DNA of 64,000 nucleotides from Escherichia coli (GTDB lineage Bacteria; Pseudomonadota; Gammaproteobacteria; Enterobacterales; Enterobacteriaceae): NCBI RefSeq assembly GCF_009931435.1, contig NZ_CP043414.1; one strand, 5' to 3'. Shown piece by piece: positions 44,396 to 58,621 of this stretch (position 1 is its first letter; each line of letters starts with the position of its first letter). The notes under the pieces were generated by a model. It saw only the letters and a program-made list of their open reading frames with translations, ran no database searches and was not told where the DNA came from. The position numbers and the translations under genes were made by a program.

Positions 44396-47152
44396 TTACC
44401 CAAGAATTTTGCTGGCTTCGCGCGCCACATTATCCATCTCGTCCAGCAGTTCCAGAAGCTCTGGCTCCAAATCTTCTTCTTTAGTACCGCTGCGTAGCTG
44501 TTGTTCGATCAGTTGGCAGAGATTCTTCATACGCGGCACACCGCTATAGCCGCAACTGCCATGCAGTTTATGAATCAAATCAACCAGGCCTTCCGGGTTT
44601 TCTCCAACCAGCTGTTCCTCAACTTTGTTGCGAACTTCAGGCAGGAAATCGAGTAACATTTGCAGCATATCGCGCGCTAAATCGGTTTTTCCTGCTGCCT
44701 GGCGTAGTGCCAGTTGCCAGTCGAGGGTCGCATTCGGGTTCACCACAATTTCATTGAATTCGGGGGTCACGACGCGAGAGGAAATACCGCTGCCAGGCTT
44801 GTAGCGCAACAGCAAATTATGCAATCGTTCTTCTTCAATCGGTTTCGCCAGATAATCGCTCATCCCTGCGCCAAGCAGCTTCTCTTTTTGCCCGGCCATT
44901 GCATGCGCCGTTACCGCGATAACCGGCGTTTGTTGCTGATGGGGGAGCTGGTGGATGAGTTCGCAGGCCCGAATACCGTCCATGTCCGGCATTTGAATAT
45001 CCATTAAGATCAAATCGAACGGCATCTGTTTCGCCCGTTCAACCGCCTGATGCCCGCTATCGCAAAGTTCCACATGTTGCACCATATCTTCCAGCAATGC
45101 GCCGATAAGTTTCAGGTTAGCGGGGTTGTCATCAACCGCCATGACTGTCATTGCCAGCTTACTTTCATCGGTTACAGGCAAAAGCGTGTTTTGTTTGTGA
45201 TGACAAAATTCCGTCAGGGCAGGGAACAGGCGCGTAGGTGTTAATGGTTTCAGCAGACACGCGCCGATACCATCTTGCTTAAGTTTTTCAGCATTGACTT
45301 GTGCATGGCAAGGAAGTGCCAGCATCAGAAAATCGGTCATCGATACCGCTTTCGCTAATCGCTCATGTTGCATTGTTAGCGGCTCGCGGAAGGTCACCGC
45401 AATGCCTAATAACATCATGTCGTAATGCGCGGGAGGCAGCGCGGAGAACGTTGGGCTATAAACCACTTCCAGCGGCGTTTCACTTAAAATATCCAGCGTG
45501 CATTGCGCTGCTGCGGAGTTTGGTTCGACATAGGCCAGGCGCTTGCCGGCGAGGCACTGGGTGGATGGCCCTTCGATAATAATGTTCGGATTCAGATCGA
45601 GATTAATGTGGAACCAGAAAGTTGAACCGCGATTCGGCTGGCTATGGAACGAAATATCGCCGCCCATTTCATTAACCAGTTTCTGTGTGATCACCAGCCC
45701 CAGCCCGGTGCCACCATGACGGCGGGAAATACTGGCATCAGCCTGTCGGAAGGCCTGGAATAAGCGCGATTGATCGCGTTCAGGAATACCAATGCCGGTA
45801 TCCCGAATCTGCACTTCAATCTGCACTTTGGTATTACTCAGCGCACGTTTTTCTACCAGAATATCAATGTTGCCATTCTCGGTGAATTTAATTGCATTCC
45901 CTACCAGGTTAGTGATGATTTGCTGTAATCGCAGTGGGTCGCCAATTACGTTATCGGGCACGTCGCTCTTAATATTGAGCGTCAGTTCCAGCCCTTTATC
46001 GTGAGAAGAATGTGCCAGCAGGGTAACGACTTCATCCAGCGTGCTGCGTAGTGGGAATGGAATACTTTCCAGAATCAGCTTACCTGCTTCCAGTTTCGAG
46101 AAGTCGAGAACATCATTAATAATTGCCAGCAAATTATTTGCCGAACGTTCAATCGTATTCAGGTGATCGCGCTGCGTTGGTGTTAATTCTGTTTTCAGCG
46201 TCAGGCGGGTAAAGCCAATAACACCATTCAGTGGTGTACGCAGCTCGTGTGACATATTTGCCAGAAACTCGGATTTAATACGCGCCGCTTCCTGGGCGCG
46301 CTTTTTCGCCAGATCCAACTCAACGTTCTGAATTTCCATCTGCTCCAGCGTTTCACGCAGATCGGACGTCGCCTGGTCGATATTGTGCTGCATCTCTTCG
46401 TGATAAGCTGCCAGCGACATTGCCATCGAGTTGATGCCATTTTTCAGCATATCCAGCTCGCCGAGCATAAATCCTTCCACTCGGCTGTCGAGTTGTCCGC
46501 GACGGATACGGTCGACGGTATTCACCATGTTGCGAATTGGACCGGTTACATCACGCATGAGTCGCCAGCCAAAAATAAGCGCAATACCGATACAAAACAG
46601 CATCATCACGCTGGAAATAAAGATCTCTTTATATTGCTGCAAGCGAACCGATTTAAGATCCAGCTCAAGCGCAATATATCCCAACATATTTTGACTATTT
46701 TTGGCATCGCTACTGGGCGATTCGTCGGGGGAGTAACTCTCAGAAATAATCGGCGTGCGGAGGATCATAATATCGCCGTCACGAGTGACAGTGAGCTGGC
46801 GAGGAAACGGCACGTTGCTGCCGAGCTGCATTGATGAGGGATCAAGATGAAAATTGGAGGTGACAAAGAGTCGGTTATTTTCATCATAAACCGAAATCGC
46901 GCGAACAATATCGGAATGGCGACGATGCAGTACGCTTATTAACTGACCGATAGATTCGCGATTTTGCAGGCTCATGCCATATTCAGTAGAAACTGCAAGC
47001 GGCTCAATAATGCTGGCTCCGGCATCTTCCAGTTGACGCTGCAAGTCGTTATAGCGATGCACGACGAAAAAGATACTCAGCAATAAACCAATAAGGACGG
47101 TCGGTGCCAGGATCAGAATCATCATGCGTGCGCGCAGGCTGTAGTTGGTCAT
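44396..47152 (-). CDS. barA: Hybrid sensor histidine kinase BarA (HAMP, HisKA/HATPase, receiver, HPt)
   Basis: 918 aa; H-box [12 protein letters not shown], receiver D ([13 protein letters not shown]), C-terminal HPt. Confidence 0.9.
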   Translation of the reverse strand: MTNYSLRARMMILILAPTVLIGLLLSIFFVVHRYNDLQRQLEDAGASIIEPLAVSTEYGMSLQNRESIGQLISVLHRRHSDIVRAISVYDENNRLFVTSNFHLDPSSMQLGSNVPFPRQLTVTRDGDIMILRTPIISESYSPDESPSSDAKNSQNMLGYIALELDLKSVRLQQYKEIFISSVMMLFCIGIALIFGWRLMRDVTGPIRNMVNTVDRIRRGQLDSRVEGFMLGELDMLKNGINSMAMSLAAYHEEMQHNIDQATSDLRETLEQMEIQNVELDLAKKRAQEAARIKSEFLANMSHELRTPLNGVIGFTRLTLKTELTPTQRDHLNTIERSANNLLAIINDVLDFSKLEAGKLILESIPFPLRSTLDEVVTLLAHSSHDKGLELTLNIKSDVPDNVIGDPLRLQQIITNLVGNAIKFTENGNIDILVEKRALSNTKVQIEVQIRDTGIGIPERDQSRLFQAFRQADASISRRHGGTGLGLVITQKLVNEMGGDISFHSQPNRGSTFWFHINLDLNPNIIIEGPSTQCLAGKRLAYVEPNSAAAQCTLDILSETPLEVVYSPTFSALPPAHYDMMLLGIAVTFREPLTMQHERLAKAVSMTDFLMLALPCHAQVNAEKLKQDGIGACLLKPLTPTRLFPALTEFCHHKQNTLLPVTDESKLAMTVMAVDDNPANLKLIGALLEDMVQHVELCDSGHQAVERAKQMPFDLILMDIQMPDMDGIRACELIHQLPHQQQTPVIAVTAHAMAGQKEKLLGAGMSDYLAKPIEEERLHNLLLRYKPGSGISSRVVTPEFNEIVVNPNATLDWQLALRQAAGKTDLARDMLQMLLDFLPEVRNKVEEQLVGENPEGLVDLIHKLHGSCGYSGVPRMKNLCQLIEQQLRSGTKEEDLEPELLELLDEMDNVAREASKILG

Positions 47153-47208
47153 GGAGTTCCGTTATGGGACAATTAAGGTCACACTGTTAAATTGAGAAAG
47201 TCTCGCCA

Positions 47209-48510
47209 ATGGCGCAATTCTACTCTGCAAAACGACGCACGACGACGCGTCAGATCATAACTGTTTCAGTCAACGACCTCGACTCTTTTGGTCAGGGCGT
47301 GGCACGACATAACGGCAAAGCGTTATTTATTCCTGGATTATTGCCACAGGAAAACGCGGAAGTTACTGTTACTGAAGATAAAAAACAGTACGCCCGCGCT
47401 AAAGTCGTGCGCCGGTTAAGCGATAGCCCGGAACGCGAAACGCCACGCTGCCCTCATTTTGGCGTATGCGGTGGCTGTCAGCAACAACACGCCAGCGAGG
47501 ATTTACAGCAGCGAAGCAAAAGTGCGGCACTCGCCCGATTAATGAAACACGAAGTCTCTGAAGTGATCGCCGATGTTCCCTGGGGCTATCGCCGTCGCGC
47601 GCGTTTAAGTCTGAACTACTTACCGAAAACACAGCAACTTCAGATGGGGTTTCGCAAAGCGGGCTCCAGTGACATTGTCGACGTTAAACAATGCCCCATT
47701 TTAGTGCCCCAACTTGAAGCATTGCTGCCCAAAGTCAGGGCATGCCTGGGCAGCTTACAAGCTATGCGCCATCTTGGTCATGTTGAACTGGTACAGGCAA
47801 CCAGCGGCACGCTGATGATTTTGCGCCATACCGCACCGCTAAGTTCGGCAGATCGCGAAAAACTGGAACGCTTTTCGCATTCTGAAGGCCTGGATCTGTA
47901 TCTCGCCCCCGATAGTGAGATACTCGAAACCGTCTCTGGTGAGATGCCCTGGTATGACTCAAACGGGTTGCGCTTAACTTTTAGCCCGCGCGATTTTATT
48001 CAGGTCAATGCGGGTGTGAACCAAAAAATGGTAGCGCGTGCGTTGGAATGGCTGGATGTACAACCTGAAGATCGCGTACTGGATCTGTTCTGCGGTATGG
48101 GCAACTTTACACTGCCATTGGCGACACAAGCTGCCAGTGTGGTGGGTGTAGAAGGCGTTCCGGCGCTGGTTGAAAAAGGCCAGCAGAATGCGCGTCTTAA
48201 TGGCTTACACAATGTGACGTTTTATCACGAAAATCTTGAAGAAGATGTCACAAAGCAGCCGTGGGCGAAAAACGGCTTCGATAAAGTGTTGCTGGACCCG
48301 GCGCGAGCAGGTGCCGCAGGTGTTATGCAGCAAATTATAAAACTGGAACCTATTCGTATAGTTTATGTATCCTGTAATCCTGCAACGCTGGCTCGGGATA
48401 GCGAAGCGTTATTAAAAGCAGGATATACCATTGCGCGACTGGCGATGCTGGATATGTTCCCACACACGGGACATCTGGAATCGATGGTACTTTTCTCGCG
48501 CGTTAAATAG
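47209..48510 (+). CDS. rlmD: 23S rRNA m5U1939 methyltransferase RlmD (RumA), Fe-S + TRAM
   Basis: 433 aa; Cys cluster [14 protein letters not shown]; synteny. Confidence 0.9.
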   Translation: MAQFYSAKRRTTTRQIITVSVNDLDSFGQGVARHNGKALFIPGLLPQENAEVTVTEDKKQYARAKVVRRLSDSPERETPRCPHFGVCGGCQQQHASEDLQQRSKSAALARLMKHEVSEVIADVPWGYRRRARLSLNYLPKTQQLQMGFRKAGSSDIVDVKQCPILVPQLEALLPKVRACLGSLQAMRHLGHVELVQATSGTLMILRHTAPLSSADREKLERFSHSEGLDLYLAPDSEILETVSGEMPWYDSNGLRLTFSPRDFIQVNAGVNQKMVARALEWLDVQPEDRVLDLFCGMGNFTLPLATQAASVVGVEGVPALVEKGQQNARLNGLHNVTFYHENLEEDVTKQPWAKNGFDKVLLDPARAGAAGVMQQIIKLEPIRIVYVSCNPATLARDSEALLKAGYTIARLAMLDMFPHTGHLESMVLFSRVK

Positions 48511-48557
48511 TTACGATTTGTCGATTTCGGCAGGTCTGGTCCCTAAAGGAGAGGACG

Positions 48558-50792
48558 ATGGTTGCGGTAAGAAGTGCACATATCAATAAGGCTGGTGAAT
48601 TTGATCCGGAAAAATGGATCGCAAGTCTGGGTATTACCAGCCAGAAGTCGTGTGAGTGCTTAGCCGAAACCTGGGCGTATTGTCTGCAACAGACGCAGGG
48701 GCATCCGGATGCCAGTCTGTTATTGTGGCGTGGTGTTGAGATGGTGGAGATCCTCTCGACATTAAGTATGGACATTGACACGCTGCGGGCGGCGCTGCTG
48801 TTCCCTCTGGCGGATGCCAACGTAGTTAGCGAAGATGTGCTGCGTGAGAGCGTCGGTAAGTCGGTCGTTAACCTTATTCACGGCGTGCGTGATATGGCGG
48901 CGATCCGCCAGCTGAAAGCGACGCATACTGATTCTGTTTCCTCCGAACAGGTCGATAACGTTCGCCGGATGTTATTGGCGATGGTCGATGATTTCCGCTG
49001 CGTGGTCATCAAACTGGCAGAGCGTATTGCTCATCTGCGCGAAGTAAAAGACGCGCCGGAAGATGAGCGCGTACTGGCGGCAAAAGAGTGCACCAATATC
49101 TACGCGCCGTTGGCGAACCGTCTTGGGATTGGACAACTGAAATGGGAGCTGGAAGATTACTGCTTCCGTTATCTCCACCCGACCGAATACAAACGCATCG
49201 CAAAACTGCTGCATGAACGCCGTCTCGACCGCGAACACTATATCGAAGAGTTTGTCGGTCATCTGCGCGCTGAGATGAAAGCTGAAGGCGTTAAAGCTGA
49301 AGTGTATGGTCGTCCGAAACACATCTACAGTATCTGGCGCAAAATGCAGAAAAAGAACCTCGCCTTCGATGAGCTGTTTGATGTGCGTGCGGTACGTATT
49401 GTCGCCGAGCGTTTACAGGATTGTTATGCCGCACTGGGGATAGTGCACACTCACTATCGCCACCTGCCGGATGAGTTTGACGATTACGTTGCTAACCCGA
49501 AACCAAACGGTTATCAGTCTATTCATACCGTGGTTCTGGGGCCGGGTGGCAAAACCGTTGAGATCCAAATCCGCACCAAACAGATGCATGAAGATGCAGA
49601 GTTGGGTGTTGCTGCGCACTGGAAATATAAAGAAGGCGCGGCAGCTGGCGGCGCACGTTCGGGACATGAAGACCGAATTGCCTGGCTGCGTAAACTGATT
49701 GCGTGGCAGGAAGAGATGGCTGATTCCGGCGAAATGCTCGACGAAGTACGCAGCCAGGTCTTTGACGACCGGGTGTATGTCTTTACGCCGAAAGGTGATG
49801 TCGTTGATTTGCCTGCGGGATCAACGCCGCTGGACTTCGCTTACCACATCCACAGTGATGTCGGACACCGCTGCATCGGGGCAAAAATAGGCGGGCGCAT
49901 TGTGCCGTTCACCTACCAGTTGCAGATGGGCGACCAGATTGAAATTATCACCCAGAAACAGCCGAACCCCAGCCGTGACTGGTTAAACCCAAACCTCGGT
50001 TACGTCACAACCAGCCGTGGGCGTTCGAAAATTCACGCCTGGTTCCGTAAACAGGACCGTGACAAAAACATTCTGGCAGGGCGGCAAATCCTTGACGACG
50101 AGCTGGAACATCTGGGGATCAGCCTGAAAGAAGCAGAAAAACATCTGCTGCCGCGTTACAACTTCAATGATGTCGACGAGTTGTTAGCAGCGATTGGTGG
50201 CGGGGATATCCGTCTCAATCAGATGGTGAACTTCCTGCAATCGCAATTTAATAAGCCGAGTGCCGAAGAGCAGGATGCCGCCGCGCTGAAGCAACTTCAG
50301 CAAAAAAGCTATACGCCGCAAAACCGCAGTAAAGATAACGGTCGTGTGGTGGTAGAAGGTGTCGGCAACCTGATGCACCACATCGCGCGTTGCTGCCAGC
50401 CGATTCCTGGAGATGAGATTGTCGGCTTCATTACCCAGGGGCGCGGTATTTCAGTACACCGCGCCGATTGCGAACAACTGGCGGAACTGCGCTCCCATGC
50501 GCCAGAACGCATTGTTGACGCGGTATGGGGTGAGAGCTACTCCGCCGGATATTCGCTGGTGGTCCGCGTGGTGGCTAATGATCGTAGTGGGTTGTTACGT
50601 GATATCACGACCATTCTCGCCAACGAGAAAGTGAACGTGCTTGGCGTTGCCAGCCGTAGCGACACCAAACAGCAACTGGCAACCATCGACATGACTATTG
50701 AGATTTACAACCTGCAAGTGCTGGGCCGCGTGCTGGGTAAACTCAACCAGGTGCCGGATGTTATCGACGCGCGTCGGTTGCACGGGAGTTAG
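48558..50792 (+). CDS. relA: GTP pyrophosphokinase RelA ((p)ppGpp synthetase I)
   Basis: 744 aa; RelA/SpoT synthetase, TGS and ACT domains. Confidence 0.9.
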   Translation: MVAVRSAHINKAGEFDPEKWIASLGITSQKSCECLAETWAYCLQQTQGHPDASLLLWRGVEMVEILSTLSMDIDTLRAALLFPLADANVVSEDVLRESVGKSVVNLIHGVRDMAAIRQLKATHTDSVSSEQVDNVRRMLLAMVDDFRCVVIKLAERIAHLREVKDAPEDERVLAAKECTNIYAPLANRLGIGQLKWELEDYCFRYLHPTEYKRIAKLLHERRLDREHYIEEFVGHLRAEMKAEGVKAEVYGRPKHIYSIWRKMQKKNLAFDELFDVRAVRIVAERLQDCYAALGIVHTHYRHLPDEFDDYVANPKPNGYQSIHTVVLGPGGKTVEIQIRTKQMHEDAELGVAAHWKYKEGAAAGGARSGHEDRIAWLRKLIAWQEEMADSGEMLDEVRSQVFDDRVYVFTPKGDVVDLPAGSTPLDFAYHIHSDVGHRCIGAKIGGRIVPFTYQLQMGDQIEIITQKQPNPSRDWLNPNLGYVTTSRGRSKIHAWFRKQDRDKNILAGRQILDDELEHLGISLKEAEKHLLPRYNFNDVDELLAAIGGGDIRLNQMVNFLQSQFNKPSAEEQDAAALKQLQQKSYTPQNRSKDNGRVVVEGVGNLMHHIARCCQPIPGDEIVGFITQGRGISVHRADCEQLAELRSHAPERIVDAVWGESYSAGYSLVVRVVANDRSGLLRDITTILANEKVNVLGVASRSDTKQQLATIDMTIEIYNLQVLGRVLGKLNQVPDVIDARRLHGS

Positions 50793-50804
50793 GCCGAAAT
50801 TAGC

Positions 50805-50855
50805 TCGTATCTACAATGTAGATTGATATATACTGTATCTACATATGATAGCGGT
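50805..50855 (+). promoter_or_regulatory. mazEF promoter/operator region with palindromes (ATCTACAATGTAGAT and TATCTACATATGATA)
   Basis: Perfect 15-bp palindrome 50809-50823 plus related repeat just upstream of mazE RBS. Confidence 0.4.
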
Positions 50856-50869
50856 TTGAGGAAAGGGTT

Positions 50870-51118
50870 ATGATCCACAGTAGCGTAAAGCGTTGGGGAA
50901 ATTCACCGGCGGTGCGGATCCCGGCTACGTTAATGCAGGCGCTCAATCTGAATATTGATGATGAAGTGAAGATTGACCTGGTGGATGGCAAATTAATTAT
51001 TGAGCCAGTGCGTAAAGAGCCCGTATTTACGCTTGCTGAACTGGTCAACGACATCACGCCGGAAAACCTCCACGAGAATATCGACTGGGGGGAGCCGAAA
51101 GATAAGGAAGTCTGGTAA
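50870..51118 (+). CDS. mazE: Antitoxin MazE
   Basis: [27 protein letters not shown]..; 82 aa; overlaps mazF start. Confidence 0.9.
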
Positions 51119-51453
51119 TGGTAAGCCGATACGTACCCGATACGGGCGATCTGATTTGGGTTGATTTTGACCCGACAAAAGGTAGCGAGCAAGCCGGACA
51201 TCGTCCGGCTGTTGTCCTGAGTCCGTTCATGTACAACAACAAAACAGGTATGTGTCTGTGTGTTCCTTGTACAACGCAATCAAAAGGATATCCGTTCGAA
51301 GTTGTTTTATCCGGTCAGGAACGTGATGGTGTAGCGTTAGCTGATCAGGTAAAAAGTATCGCCTGGCGGGCAAGAGGAGCAACGAAGAAAGGAACGGTTG
51401 CCCCAGAGGAATTACAACTCATTAAAGCCAAAATTAACGTGCTGATTGGCTAG
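51118..51453 (+). CDS. mazF: Endoribonuclease toxin MazF
   Basis: [36 protein letters not shown]-type sequence; 111 aa. Confidence 0.9.
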   Translation: MVSRYVPDTGDLIWVDFDPTKGSEQAGHRPAVVLSPFMYNNKTGMCLCVPCTTQSKGYPFEVVLSGQERDGVALADQVKSIAWRARGATKKGTVAPEELQLIKAKINVLIG

Positions 51454-51524
51454 GTGTTACTAACTCACTTCTATTCTGGTCACAGGTTTCCACCTGACAG
51501 ACCCGCAATTTTCAGGACATTCTA

Positions 51525-52316
51525 ATGAATCAAATCGACCGTTTGCTCACTATTATGCAGCGTCTTCGCGACCCGGAAAACGGCTGCCCGTGGGATAAAG
51601 AGCAGACATTTGCCACCATTGCACCTTACACCCTTGAAGAAACCTACGAAGTGCTGGACGCCATCGCCCGCGAAGACTTTGACGATCTGCGCGGTGAACT
51701 CGGCGATCTGTTGTTCCAGGTGGTGTTTTACGCGCAAATGGCTCAGGAAGAAGGGCGCTTTGACTTTAATGATATTTGCGCTGCGATTAGCGATAAATTA
51801 GAGCGTCGCCATCCGCATGTTTTTGCTGACAGTTCTGCCGAAAACAGTAATGAAGTGCTCGCCCGTTGGGAGCAAATCAAAACCGAAGAGCGCGCGCAGA
51901 AAGCGCAGCATTCGGCGCTGGACGATATTCCTCGTAGTTTGCCGGCTTTAATGCGTGCGCAAAAAATCCAGAAACGTTGCGCCAACGTTGGCTTTGACTG
52001 GACGACGCTCGGCCCGGTAGTCGATAAGGTCTACGAAGAGATCGACGAGGTGATGTACGAGGCGCGGCAGGCTGTTGTCGACCAGGCTAAACTGGAGGAG
52101 GAAATGGGTGACCTGCTGTTTGCCACGGTCAATCTGGCTCGTCATTTAGGGACAAAAGCGGAAATCGCATTGCAAAAAGCCAATGAAAAATTCGAGCGCC
52201 GTTTTCGCGAAGTGGAGCGTATTGTTGCCGCGCGTGGACTGGAAATGACAGGTGTTGACCTCGAAACAATGGAAGAAGTCTGGCAACAGGTAAAACGGCA
52301 GGAAATTGATCTCTAA
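51525..52316 (+). CDS. mazG: Nucleoside triphosphate pyrophosphohydrolase MazG
   Basis: 263 aa tandem MazG domains; synteny. Confidence 0.9.
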   Translation: MNQIDRLLTIMQRLRDPENGCPWDKEQTFATIAPYTLEETYEVLDAIAREDFDDLRGELGDLLFQVVFYAQMAQEEGRFDFNDICAAISDKLERRHPHVFADSSAENSNEVLARWEQIKTEERAQKAQHSALDDIPRSLPALMRAQKIQKRCANVGFDWTTLGPVVDKVYEEIDEVMYEARQAVVDQAKLEEEMGDLLFATVNLARHLGTKAEIALQKANEKFERRFREVERIVAARGLEMTGVDLETMEEVWQQVKRQEIDL

Positions 52317-52528
52317 GGGAATTACGCGGTCAAGCGCGATTTGTGTCATTTTTTAAATGACAAGCGCTTGATTTGCGTCAAAAACATTTACCCCAAAGGG
52401 GCTATTTTCTCACTCCTGATTTCAATAGTGCGCTGGCGAAGAGGAGGGATAATGAAAGTTTGTGGCACAGGTCATGTTCGGGTATACTGCTTTCCCGTCC
52501 TGGTTATTCCATCGTCTTTTCAACCTAA

Positions 52529-54181
<1,653 letters not shown>

Positions 54182-54199
54182 GTAAAAAAGTTAGAACGG

Positions 54200-54229
54200 C
54201 AACGCGTACCCAGGGTACGCGTTGTTTGT
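54200..54229 (+). terminator. Hairpin (CAACGCGTACCC/AGGGTACGCGTTG) + TTTGTC between pyrG and eno; partial terminator/attenuator
   Basis: 12-bp perfect inverted repeat then short T-rich tract. Confidence 0.4.
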
Positions 54230-54253
54230 CTGGAGTTTCAGTTTAACTAGTGA

Positions 54254-55567
<1,314 letters not shown>

Positions 55568-55589
55568 GCCTGACTTTATCTGATTTAAA

Positions 55590-55618
55590 AATGCCAGCCT
55601 TCGGGCTGGCATTTTTTA
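55590..55618. terminator. Rho-independent terminator after eno (GCCAGCC-TTCG-GGCTGGC + T-run), likely bidirectional with convergent TPM gene
   Basis: Perfect 7-bp stem/4-nt loop followed by ATTTTTTAT. Confidence 0.6.
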
Positions 55619-55626
55619 TGGTTGAG

Positions 55627-56532
55627 TTACCAGCGGCCAGACGCGCCGCCACCGCCAGAAGAACCGCCACCTCCGCTAAATCCGCCGCCACTTGAGCCGC
55701 CACCGGAAGAGGATGAAGAAGAACCTTTTCTTGAAGCTCTTTCTTTACCGAGCGTCTTGTATTTGGCTCGTAGCTTTTTATTAACGATAAGCCAAAAGAT
55801 AAGCAGCGCTACGATCGCAAAAGGCGTTAACATACCGCAGGCAACGATTAAATTCGTCCATGGTCCTGGCTCGGCAACATAGAGGAATACCATCCCGTAA
55901 ATTGCGGCAGTGAGAGTTATCCAGGGTAAATTCGACGGATCGGTAAAAACAATAAAATATGAAAGCACTGCCAGCAATATAATTACAGCAAGCGAAAATG
56001 GGATAGGGGGATTGATACTGTAATAATTCCCCCTGCCTTCCGGTAATTCACCATTCATCAGAAGTGCGCCGATATTTTCGCTTGCCAGTGTTAACCCCCC
56101 CATCAGGTCATCACTTTTGAAAGCAGGGATTAATATATCACGGATAATCTTTGCCGCTTGCAGGTCGGTAACCACCCCTTCCAGCCCATAGCCGACTTCT
56201 ATACGAACAGCATGATCTTCCCAGGCAACCAGAAGTAAAATGCCATCGTTTCGCTGCTTATCTCCCAGTTTCCAGCTATCAAAAACGCGTGTTGCATATT
56301 GTTCAATGGTATCGTCTCCGGTGGATGGCACTATTAATACGGCAACCTGTGCCCGTGTTTTTTGTGTAATATCCTGCAGCTGTTGTGTCAGTGATTGTTG
56401 TTCAGACGTGCTTAAGGTACCAGTAATATCGGTCACCTGTTGGCGCAGCTCCGGCACAGCAATTTGCTGGGCAAGCACAGGAAGGCACCATAAAGTGAGT
56501 AGAAAAAGGATTATACGCATAACGATCACCAA
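55627..56532 (-). CDS. ygcG: TPM-domain (TLP18.3/Psb32/MOLO-1 type) membrane protein, probable YgcG ortholog
   Basis: Signal peptide, TPM-like N-domain, TM segments, Gly/Ser-rich tail ending SGRW; position next to eno. Confidence 0.7.
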   Translation of the reverse strand: MVIVMRIILFLLTLWCLPVLAQQIAVPELRQQVTDITGTLSTSEQQSLTQQLQDITQKTRAQVAVLIVPSTGDDTIEQYATRVFDSWKLGDKQRNDGILLLVAWEDHAVRIEVGYGLEGVVTDLQAAKIIRDILIPAFKSDDLMGGLTLASENIGALLMNGELPEGRGNYYSINPPIPFSLAVIILLAVLSYFIVFTDPSNLPWITLTAAIYGMVFLYVAEPGPWTNLIVACGMLTPFAIVALLIFWLIVNKKLRAKYKTLGKERASRKGSSSSSSGGGSSGGGFSGGGGSSGGGGASGRW

Positions 56533-57674
56533 CGGTCGGATGAACCGCCACCGCCAGAAGAACCGCCGCCACCGCGGAAAGAGTTTTTCGACGAAGAACG
56601 AGAATGAGCATTACGATTCCCCGTTTTCTTGTTGCTTTTATGCCCTGATCCCAGTTTAAGATTGCCAGTAGATTTGGCCACAATGATCAGCAGAACGATG
56701 CCAGCAATGGTTATTGGGCCGATAAAATGATCAATTAGCCCAATAATTGTTGAGATGAACGCAATATCTTTATTACTGGCAAATACCAGGCACCATCCCA
56801 CAACAATTATCAGCAGCACGACAAACAATGAATTTCGTCCTGATTCACGAACCTGCGGAGCCTTCTTTTGTTTTTTCACTTTAGCGTTTTTATTTTGGGG
56901 GGCCAGCATCATAGGAAATGCGCGGCATATATTAAAAACTACCGCGAGACGCTGCCAGCAGATTGCTGCGAAAAATAAACTAAAACAAACGACCGATATC
57001 CGTCGAATGATGACATCGTTCTGAAAGCAGAAAAACCAGACCATAGGGGTAATCATCGATATCATCCATATGCCAGGCCCTGGATGGGTGGTAAATCGCC
57101 AGAGGACAACGATGGCAACGATCATCAGCAGTGTCCAGGCAAGACATGGCAGAGAGCGTTGCGGATTAGCAAACAGATGATTGGCTAAAGCATCCAAAGG
57201 GCTAAGATTCGCTTTTATATAGGTAAACTGTGCGATGCCTTCAATTCCCTGCGTTAACCCGGAGAAGAGATTATTTTTTTTGAATTCCGGTTGCATATGG
57301 TAATGAACAATTTGCGCAGCTTGTTCCGGTGGCAGCATCTCTTCCAGTCCATGCCCAATCTTCATTGACGCCAGCCCTTCCGGCCAAACGACGAGAATTA
57401 AGATACCTTCGCCGTACCGCTTCTCTCCAACAGGTTTCCAGTGATATAACCCGTAGCTTTGCGAGGCTGCAAGTTTAATGTCTTTACCCCCAGTGGTCGG
57501 CGTTACCAACACGGCCACCTGAAAGTGGTTTTGCTGCTCGAGAGTCTGTAATTGTTGAGTTAAAGCAGTTTGTTCTTCTGTCGTTAATGTCCCGGTTAAG
57601 TCAGTTACTGAAGGCAATTGTTCAGCGAATGCCTGGAAACCACATAGCATCAGAAGTAAGAGAAAAATACGCAT
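56526..57674 (-). CDS. TPM-domain membrane protein paralog 2 (multi-TM, Gly-rich C-terminus ending DRW)
   Basis: Signal peptide; divergent TPM-like domain; 4+ TM; tail GGGGSSGGGGSSDRW. Confidence 0.7.
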   Translation of the reverse strand: MRIFLLLLMLCGFQAFAEQLPSVTDLTGTLTTEEQTALTQQLQTLEQQNHFQVAVLVTPTTGGKDIKLAASQSYGLYHWKPVGEKRYGEGILILVVWPEGLASMKIGHGLEEMLPPEQAAQIVHYHMQPEFKKNNLFSGLTQGIEGIAQFTYIKANLSPLDALANHLFANPQRSLPCLAWTLLMIVAIVVLWRFTTHPGPGIWMISMITPMVWFFCFQNDVIIRRISVVCFSLFFAAICWQRLAVVFNICRAFPMMLAPQNKNAKVKKQKKAPQVRESGRNSLFVVLLIIVVGWCLVFASNKDIAFISTIIGLIDHFIGPITIAGIVLLIIVAKSTGNLKLGSGHKSNKKTGNRNAHSRSSSKNSFRGGGGSSGGGGSSDRW

Positions 57675-57688
57675 TTCAATTCCTTTTG

Positions 57689-58621
57689 TTACCAGCGCCC
57701 GGAGGCGCCACCGCCGCCAGATGAACCGCCGCCGCCGCTGAAATTATCATTGTCAAAAGAGGATGAAGAGGAAGATGACGACGATGATGAAGAACGCCAG
57801 GAGGCCGAGTTACTTCTTTCGTAGCGTGACGGTCGGTTGGCACTGCGCATCGAATCCCGAACCTTTTTGCCGAAGGGGGTAAAAGCGATAGCGACAGCCA
57901 GGAACGGTGTGGCGAAGCAGAGTAATGTTGCGAGTACTCCCCAGCTTCCGCCGAAACCTGCTATAGGTAAAACAAAGGCCAGTACAATAGCTGTGAAGCA
58001 AATTAGTCCCAGCGTTTTGAAATATCCTCTGGCGGAAATAAAGGTCAGTACTATTGCCCAGACTAACAAAGCCCACCAACCGCTAAAGGGCAAAGGGTGA
58101 TCGGTCGGTGTTATCGTTGCTAAATTATTCCCCGTCAGACGATTATCAATATCGCTTATTCCCTTTTGCAAGCCGCCAGCAAGGTCGCCATTTTTAAATG
58201 CCGGAATAATACTGTTGCGAATAATTTTCCCGGACTGCGCATCCGTAATAACGCCTTCCAGTCCGTAACCGATTTCAATACGCACGGTATGATCCTGCCA
58301 GGCGACTAACAGTAGAACGCCATCATCGCGGTCTTTATCACCCGGTTTCCAGCTATCGAATACCCGCGTAGCGTACTGCTCGATGGTTTCATCGCCCGTT
58401 GTTTCAACCACTAACACGACCAGTTGTGCGTGGCTTTTTTGCGTCAGCTCTTTAATCTGATTGGTCAAAGTATTTACTTCATCGTTCGTCAATTTACCGG
58501 TTAAGTCATTCACATACCTGGGTGATTCAGGCACTGGAATTTGTATGGCAAACACAGATGAACAAAAGAAAGCCATAAGGAAGATAAAATTTCGCACAGG
58601 ACTTCCTCGCTTAATGAGCAT
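57689..58621 (-). CDS. TPM-domain membrane protein paralog 3
   Basis: N-domain ~70% identical by eye to the 55627-56532 product (IEQYATRVFDSWK..LLLVAW.DH.VRIE.GYGLEGV); tail ..GGGGSSGGGGASGRW. Confidence 0.75.
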   Translation of the reverse strand: MLIKRGSPVRNFIFLMAFFCSSVFAIQIPVPESPRYVNDLTGKLTNDEVNTLTNQIKELTQKSHAQLVVLVVETTGDETIEQYATRVFDSWKPGDKDRDDGVLLLVAWQDHTVRIEIGYGLEGVITDAQSGKIIRNSIIPAFKNGDLAGGLQKGISDIDNRLTGNNLATITPTDHPLPFSGWWALLVWAIVLTFISARGYFKTLGLICFTAIVLAFVLPIAGFGGSWGVLATLLCFATPFLAVAIAFTPFGKKVRDSMRSANRPSRYERSNSASWRSSSSSSSSSSSSFDNDNFSGGGGSSGGGGASGRW

